Positions 14,183 through 18,835 of a stretch of DNA of 18,835 nucleotides are shown here, piece by piece; the first letter of the stretch is position 1, and every line of letters begins with the position of its first letter. Source of the stretch: a candidate division FCPU426 bacterium (lineage in GTDB: Bacteria > Oederibacteriota > JAAXVQ01 > JAUVAV01); the NCBI GenBank assembly GCA_030637655.1, contig DAOWGI010000070.1, forward strand, positions 1 through 18,835, read 5' to 3'. A program made the translations under genes and the position numbers. Under the pieces are notes generated by a model. It saw only the letters and a program-made list of their open reading frames with translations, did no database searches and was not told where the DNA came from.

Positions 14183-15499
14183 TTATACATCTAACAACCA
14201 CTCCCGTTTCATCCATTTAATGCCCGATTTCATGGTGGATAAAAAGACAGAGCGTAAGGTATTGCTCATTAATGATCGTTTAACTGCCGGCAAATTTAGA
14301 AAAGCGCCCAGGACAGCACGCATGGTTTTTTCAGTTATGCTTTGGGGATTGTCAAAAATCTGATTTTGTAGAGTACCTCTTTCCAGACATTGTAAAATCA
14401 CCCGTTCAAACGTTGTTTCCGGATGGATTACTTTTTTCGGTCGGTGTTTTAGGGTAATCGCATGAGTTGGACATTTCAATCCGCAAACTCCACAGCCCAA
14501 ACAAAGCTTATGATCAATAGTCACATGTTTTTTCGGTTTGGAGCCTTCGCTAACCTTTACGTCTTCTAGAGTTATGACATCAATCGGGCAGGCTTTCACA
14601 CATTTACCGCACCCCGTACATAAATCTTGATCACAATGAGCTAGATAATTTGAGGTTACGATAGCATTGCTAAATCCATGTCGACTGATGCCAGAGAGGG
14701 CAGTACAGCAGCATTTACAGCATAAACAAATATACATGATTTTATTTTGTATATTGTCAGCATTGAATACCAAACCAAGCTCTTTCGCATGAGCAAGATT
14801 TTCCAACATTTTCGATTTACTAACTTTCTTGGCAAGCCCTCTTCGCACCAGATAATCAGCTGCTTGACCGAATGAAGAGCACATCTCCAATGGTGTGGAA
14901 CAGGTTTTTTCTCCCAGATGATGCTTTTCATGGCGGCAAGAACAAGTGGCAATAGCAAATTTATCAAAAGATTCCACCAGAGCAGTGGCTTTTTCATAAT
15001 CTAAGATTTCCATGTATTCTGAAACATGAATTATTTCTTCATGCGGTAAGGTGCGCATAAAAGAGGTTTTTTGCTGTTGAGAAAAATTGGCGGCCCAAAA
15101 AGTATCCGGACTGTTAATATAAGTATTTAAAAGCTCAGCCCGTTTTTTAGAGTTGGCGGGCTCACCAGTGCGCATCATAGTGAATTCATAAATACCAATG
15201 ACCATGGGCGAGGGCATATAATAATAAGTGTCTTTTAAGTACAAATCAATTACAAGACCCTTAAAACACAAATTTTCTAGAATTTTTTGTAGGCTTGTGG
15301 CTTCCCAACCAGTAATAGCCTGAACCCGGTTCAAGGTTGACAAGGCATAAGGCATTTTAATCAATAGCTCAGCTTCTTCAAGGGAATACAATTCCTTTAA
15401 AAGTGAATAAAAATCATTATTCCAAGGCACCCGCACGCTGAGGCCATCGATTTTTTTGCCCAGCTGTTTATAAACATCTTTAGCAACCATGTGACCCAT
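14183..15499 (-). CDS. 4Fe-4S dicluster domain-containing protein, 438 aa
   Basis: CTGCGKCVKACP and CLGCGVCGLKCP ferredoxin motifs; extra Cys clusters CSCRH...C...C and ICLCCKCCC; SD GGGAG. Confidence 0.92.
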   Translation of the reverse strand: MGHMVAKDVYKQLGKKIDGLSVRVPWNNDFYSLLKELYSLEEAELLIKMPYALSTLNRVQAITGWEATSLQKILENLCFKGLVIDLYLKDTYYYMPSPMVIGIYEFTMMRTGEPANSKKRAELLNTYINSPDTFWAANFSQQQKTSFMRTLPHEEIIHVSEYMEILDYEKATALVESFDKFAIATCSCRHEKHHLGEKTCSTPLEMCSSFGQAADYLVRRGLAKKVSKSKMLENLAHAKELGLVFNADNIQNKIMYICLCCKCCCTALSGISRHGFSNAIVTSNYLAHCDQDLCTGCGKCVKACPIDVITLEDVKVSEGSKPKKHVTIDHKLCLGCGVCGLKCPTHAITLKHRPKKVIHPETTFERVILQCLERGTLQNQIFDNPQSITEKTMRAVLGAFLNLPAVKRSLMSNTLRSVFLSTMKSGIKWMKREWLLDV

Positions 15500-15745
15500 C
15501 GCTTATCTCCCAATAACAAGTGTAAATAAAATTCCATTTATTATATGGCACAAAGACCGAATAGTCTTTTTCCATGTGAGCTGAGCTGGATAGACTACTC
15601 CACCCTTTAAAATTAACTATAATTTGTTGTCCAGCCATATTATTTTAGACAGATTTTTATGCTTTTCCTTTCACTTTTTTTGTTTTTTTAAGCGAACAAG
15701 CGAACTCCGACCCCAGTCACATTTATGAAATTGAGATCCGGAGAA

Positions 15746-16285
15746 TTATCTTTGCGGATAAAATACCCGGATGCTGCCGAATATCGCCTCTGCCTTCAAA
15801 TCAAGATATTTTTCATTTTCATTGAAATTCCCGCTGTTCCAGCTCAGGGAACCGAATCCGCCGCCACTGCGATCCGGAAGCTGTACTCCCCCGAAAACGG
15901 CATCACTATTAATTTTTACCGGTAATTCCCTGCCCAACTTGATTTCGGCACTGCCAAATATCGCGGTGACTTTAAGGTGAGTAACCGGCTCGGTTAGCGT
16001 CAAGTTGGTGAGGTCAATATCAGCTTTGCCAAAAATAGCGTTGTATTCCCGCTCCGCCGGAATGCCGGAAAACGCGGTTTCTTCAAAAACTACATCTTTT
16101 TTAGTCTGCCAGCTCTTGCACGGCCAGCAGCCGCCAAATATTATTTTTATGCCCAAGAAAATAATAAACAAGCCGAAGAGAATCCTGAAAAAAGGAATAT
16201 TAACTTTGAAAATTACATTTAGAATAATGCTTAAACCGATGAGTATGATGAACATCCCCCCAAATAGGCCCCATACCATTTTCAT
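15746..16285 (-). CDS. LiaF/DUF2154-like membrane protein (2 TM plus repeated beta domain), 179 aa
   Basis: Two N-terminal TM helices; repeats AIFGKADIDL, AIFGSAEIKL, AVFGGVQL, AIFGSIRV; ATG 16285 with SD AGGAGGGAG. Confidence 0.8.
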   Translation of the reverse strand: MKMVWGLFGGMFIILIGLSIILNVIFKVNIPFFRILFGLFIIFLGIKIIFGGCWPCKSWQTKKDVVFEETAFSGIPAEREYNAIFGKADIDLTNLTLTEPVTHLKVTAIFGSAEIKLGRELPVKINSDAVFGGVQLPDRSGGGFGSLSWNSGNFNENEKYLDLKAEAIFGSIRVFYPQR

Positions 16286-16391
16286 GCACTCTCCCTCCTG
16301 TTTTGGATAATAGTCTATATAGGTGATACTATGAAACAAATGCCTTGAATACGCAAGGTTCAAAACCACAAATTATTGGTACGGGGGACAT

Positions 16392-16460
16392 GGGGTCTGG
16401 TCTATTTTTTTTGACATTTGGGCGTAATGAGGTAAGCGAATGTCAAGATAGACCTACCCC
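16392..16460. repeat. GGGGTC...ACCCC-type inverted repeat (second REP-like family)
   Basis: GGGGTCTGGTCTAT(T)nTTGACATT (16392-16418) pairs imperfectly with AATGTCAAGATAGACCTACCCC (16439-16460). Confidence 0.7.
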
Positions 16461-16467
16461 CTCACCT

Positions 16468-16924
16468 TCAGTAATATCGTGCCTGCCATTGAAAATCCAT
16501 TCCTCTTTGCCTTTGTCGAATTTCAAAAGATGTTCTGCCTTTATACCATCTTATAAGGTTCGCCAATGATTGGCGCAACCTTGGGATTGGCGTTCTGGGT
16601 TATACCTCCCTGTTTGTTATCTGAGACGCGATAAATCGCGTCTCTACGGCATATTTCTATGATTCCCTGAATATGATTTGGCATAATACAATATTCGTCC
16701 ACGCGGGTATGTTTGTATTTCCAGGGAATCGATCGCCAAATGGTTTCGGCCTATCGCCCGCATTCATTCAAAACCACAATTCCATTGGTTATATTGCCAA
16801 AATGCCGTTCTCTATTCACGGTACATATCGTAACAAAATACATGCCGGCATCTGAATAGTCCCAATCCCACAGGCGTGCCGTGGAAATTCCATATTTATT
16901 TTTATATAATAATTCCTTTTTCAT
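16468..16924 (-). pseudogene. RAYT (REP-associated tyrosine transposase) pseudogene
   Basis: RLWDWDYSDAGMYFVTICT...; in-frame TAG at 16751-16753; MPNHIQG (HUH changed to HIQ); frameshift near 16580 into SLANLIRWYKG...FQWQARYY*; truncated before the catalytic-Tyr helix. Confidence 0.9.
16623..16647. repeat. GTAG-type REP palindrome inside the RAYT reading frame
   Basis: GAGACGCGATAAATCGCGTCTCTAC; read in frame as RRDAIYRVS. Confidence 0.9.
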
Positions 16925-16948
16925 AATCATTTTATATTCCACACACCT

Positions 16949-16976
16949 GTAGAGACGCGATTTATCGCGTCTCTAT
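16949..16976. repeat. GTAG-type REP palindrome upstream of the RAYT
   Basis: GTAGAGACGCGATTTATCGCGTCTCTAT, in inverted orientation relative to the other two copies. Confidence 0.9.
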
Positions 16977-17168
16977 GCGTTCGTGTTTTATATATTTAGA
17001 CAGGAAAATGTGAGAATCCTTGCGGAAAAATTAAAAAAGATTAAAGAGAAAAGATAAAAACGAGAAAGCTGACGAGTTTCGAACCTGGTGCCGTATGGAA
17101 TTGGCGGCCTAATAGCTCATTCAGTCGAAGTCACAAAACATCGTTCGAATACCATCACAGTACATGCT

Positions 17169-17717
17169 TTATTTGAAGTACATGCAAAACAAATCTTTTT
17201 TCTTCTTCAACTCCTCTCCTCGCATTACAAATGATATGCCTTTATGAAACATGTAGGTTGCAGGATCAGCCACTTTTACTTTTAACCCTTCAATATCAAC
17301 CATCACATAATTTTCCAAAAGCATTTCAAAAGCATCTATTCTATTGCACGCCAAACCTCGTCCCAAAAATTTGTTCAGCGTATCATCTGACGTATAAAAA
17401 GATGTTATAAATTCAATTTTAATACTCGTATTCCCCTTTTTATTGTAAAACTCGCCCGGTATTTCTTCTTCTTCGTACAGTCTTTCATACATATATCCGC
17501 TTTTACGCAAGTCATCGTATACCGTAGTCTCAAAGTTCTTTACACCCGTTTCCTCAACCCCAAAATCAATGTCCAGCGTGCTGGGAATTTTCAATTTTTT
17601 CTTCCACAAATATTCCGAATAAATGCAAGGGCACCAGCCGCCCACAATCACCAGATCATCCAATTTTTCTTTTAATGAATTTAAGGTATCAATGAATTGT
17701 TTTTCCATTTCTTCCAT
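17169..17717 (-). CDS. AbiEii-like (GSU2403-type) nucleotidyltransferase toxin, 182 aa, possibly C-terminally truncated
   Basis: VIVGGW, STLDIDF and HKG...KKKKDL motifs of DNA-pol-beta-superfamily type IV TA toxins; ATG 1 nt after the antitoxin stop (TAG-C-ATG); ORF ends 6 aa after KDL. Confidence 0.8.
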   Translation of the reverse strand: MEEMEKQFIDTLNSLKEKLDDLVIVGGWCPCIYSEYLWKKKLKIPSTLDIDFGVEETGVKNFETTVYDDLRKSGYMYERLYEEEEIPGEFYNKKGNTSIKIEFITSFYTSDDTLNKFLGRGLACNRIDAFEMLLENYVMVDIEGLKVKVADPATYMFHKGISFVMRGEELKKKKDLFCMYFK

Positions 17718-17718
17718 G

Positions 17719-18411
17719 CTAGGCAATTTCTTCGCCCGCCTTTTGCCAATATTCTTTTAATTGTAGGGCTTCCTCAATACCCGTCGGCGGAAATCCCACA
17801 AGGTCTAAATATAACTGCAAATTTGAAACAAGGTTAAACCCTTTTACCTTTCTTGATTCTTTAAAAACAGAAGACCCATAAAAAGGTATTGCAAAACACA
17901 GGTTGCCGCCTTTTATAAGTTTCTTGAGGTCATATCTTGACACTATGTTGTTTAAAAACTGCTCTGCTTCTTCTGGTTTAATGCCAACATAAATAAAACT
18001 CCTCTCATCTTTTACGTATGGTGAAATTAATCTGCTGGCGCTGTACAGTGTTAATGAATACTCAATGTTCTTTTCCTCAAAGTATTTTTTACACTCTTTG
18101 AGAATATTTTTATCATGCGAGTAGTAATATGTATGCAAATTCTTGCTGAATGAGTAGTTATTTATCCAGTCGTTTAGTAATTCTTCCCTTTTGTTGGAAA
18201 GTACCGAATAACTACCAGGGCCTATCCTTACCCGGTTTACAAACCCTAGGCTTTCCGCCCTATTCAAAACCAGACTTGTCAGACCGAAAGAAACACCGAT
18301 TTTTTGAAAATCCGGTATTTTCCACTTGCGTTTAGGGTCCTTCAACATGGCCCGCAATATCAGTGAAGACTTGTCGCTATAAATGTTTTGTAATTGGCGT
18401 CTTTTGAGCAT
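17719..18411 (-). CDS. Type IV toxin-antitoxin AbiEi-family antitoxin / transcriptional regulator, 230 aa
   Basis: N-terminal winged-HTH-like region, ELLNDW, YSLTLYSAS, GGNL and VSNLQLYLDL motifs; translationally coupled to the NTase. Confidence 0.82.
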   Translation of the reverse strand: MLKRRQLQNIYSDKSSLILRAMLKDPKRKWKIPDFQKIGVSFGLTSLVLNRAESLGFVNRVRIGPGSYSVLSNKREELLNDWINNYSFSKNLHTYYYSHDKNILKECKKYFEEKNIEYSLTLYSASRLISPYVKDERSFIYVGIKPEEAEQFLNNIVSRYDLKKLIKGGNLCFAIPFYGSSVFKESRKVKGFNLVSNLQLYLDLVGFPPTGIEEALQLKEYWQKAGEEIA

Positions 18412-18424
18412 ATCTTTTCATCTT

Positions 18425-18486
18425 TCAACATATGTTATATATATACTATTTGTTGATATATTAACGTTTTTCTTACTCGTTGTCAA
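18425..18486 (-). promoter_or_regulatory. Sigma70 promoter plus palindromic operator of the AbiE-like operon
   Basis: Minus strand TTGACA (18481-18486)-17 nt-TAATAT (18458-18463), directly followed by the inverted repeat TCAACA...TGTTGA (18425-18456). Confidence 0.7.
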
Positions 18487-18652
18487 CACCCTCTCGGTTA
18501 GTATGATCCTTAATCTTCCGACCTTGAACAGTTGTTGAGTCAAACTTAAGCCCATCAGGAGTCACAGAAACATTGCACACATTTTTCATCACTGCTTCGA
18601 TAGCCGCCACTTGGTTGTCGCGATGAGCCAAAAAGTCTATATCGAGCGTTGT
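18473..18652 (-). pseudogene. Fragment of a second, canonical AbiEii/AbiGii nucleotidyltransferase
   Basis: Translates TTLDIDFLAHRDNQVAAIEAVMKNVCNVSVTPDGLKFDSTTVQGRKIKDHTNREGV, matching the T.DIDFL...DGL.FD...I....Y.GV pattern; no start, stop upstream. Confidence 0.75.
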
Positions 18653-18700
18653 GGACCCTTTTTATAAAGGTTTGAACAGCAGAACAGTGGAACAGTGATC

Positions 18701-18835
18701 AGCGTCAATTATATTTTCCCTCCGCATTGACTCATCGTTTTTGTTACTGATTCCCGACCGTTGCCTCACTATAATGTTACCAAAAACTGGAGGTGGAAAA
18801 TGGTAACAGAAATAGTGAGCAAGCAGGCACGGAAA
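18701..18835 (+). mobile_element. Probable IS left end and start of a gene (MVTEIVSKQARK..., possibly a transposase) running off the window
   Basis: GCGTCAA...CCGTTGCCTCACTATAATGTTACC, SD GGAGGTGG, ATG at 18800; only 12 codons are visible. Confidence 0.4.

Noticed and set aside
16286-16369. N-terminal extension of the LiaF-like ORF
   Set aside because: SD AGGAGGGAG directly precedes ATG 16285.
13510-16792. Diversity-generating retroelement template/variable repeat pair
   Set aside because: No reverse transcriptase, mismatches are not confined to adenines of one copy, and both copies are RAYT sequence.
13517-16976. Palindromic repeats as a CRISPR array or integron attC sites
   Set aside because: Only three copies, irregular spacing, no spacers, cas or intI genes; GTAG ends and RAYT linkage indicate REPs.
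16980-17170. tmRNA gene suggested by the ELAA* ending
   Set aside because: No GGGG 5' acceptor arm or 3' TΨC-arm/CCA at a suitable distance; flanks are AT-rich.

Overview
About 60% of this window is one giant minus-strand gene (232-11628, ~3,800 aa) encoding a mosaic membrane-threaded protein. From motifs read by eye it carries: a signal peptide; a Tiki/TraB/ChaN-like N-terminal domain; an orphan CPBP EExxxR motif; a degenerate 2H-phosphoesterase module; a transmembrane block; a xylose-isomerase/AP-endonuclease-2-like TIM barrel; a GT-B glycosyltransferase-like domain; two CPBP (CAAX protease)-like membrane modules; an internal signal-peptide-like segment; a helical region with a diverged duplication; and a clan CD (caspase/gingipain-like) His-Cys domain. 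This resembles the giant proteins of Omnitrophota/Elusimicrobiota-like bacteria (taxonomy is inference only). Upstream on the same strand lie a membrane-anchored lytic transglycosylase and a 4-TM phage-holin-family (YvlD-like) gene, together suggesting a cell-envelope attack or remodelling locus. The right third is an accessory region full of mobile-element debris: two independently decayed copies of a REP-associated tyrosine transposase (RAYT) segment with three GTAG-type REPs, an IS1202/ISNCY-like remnant, a 4Fe-4S protein, a LiaF-like protein, an AbiEi/AbiEii-like toxin-antitoxin pair with promoter and operator, a second AbiEii fragment, and a probable IS left end. No database search was run; domain boundaries are approximate.
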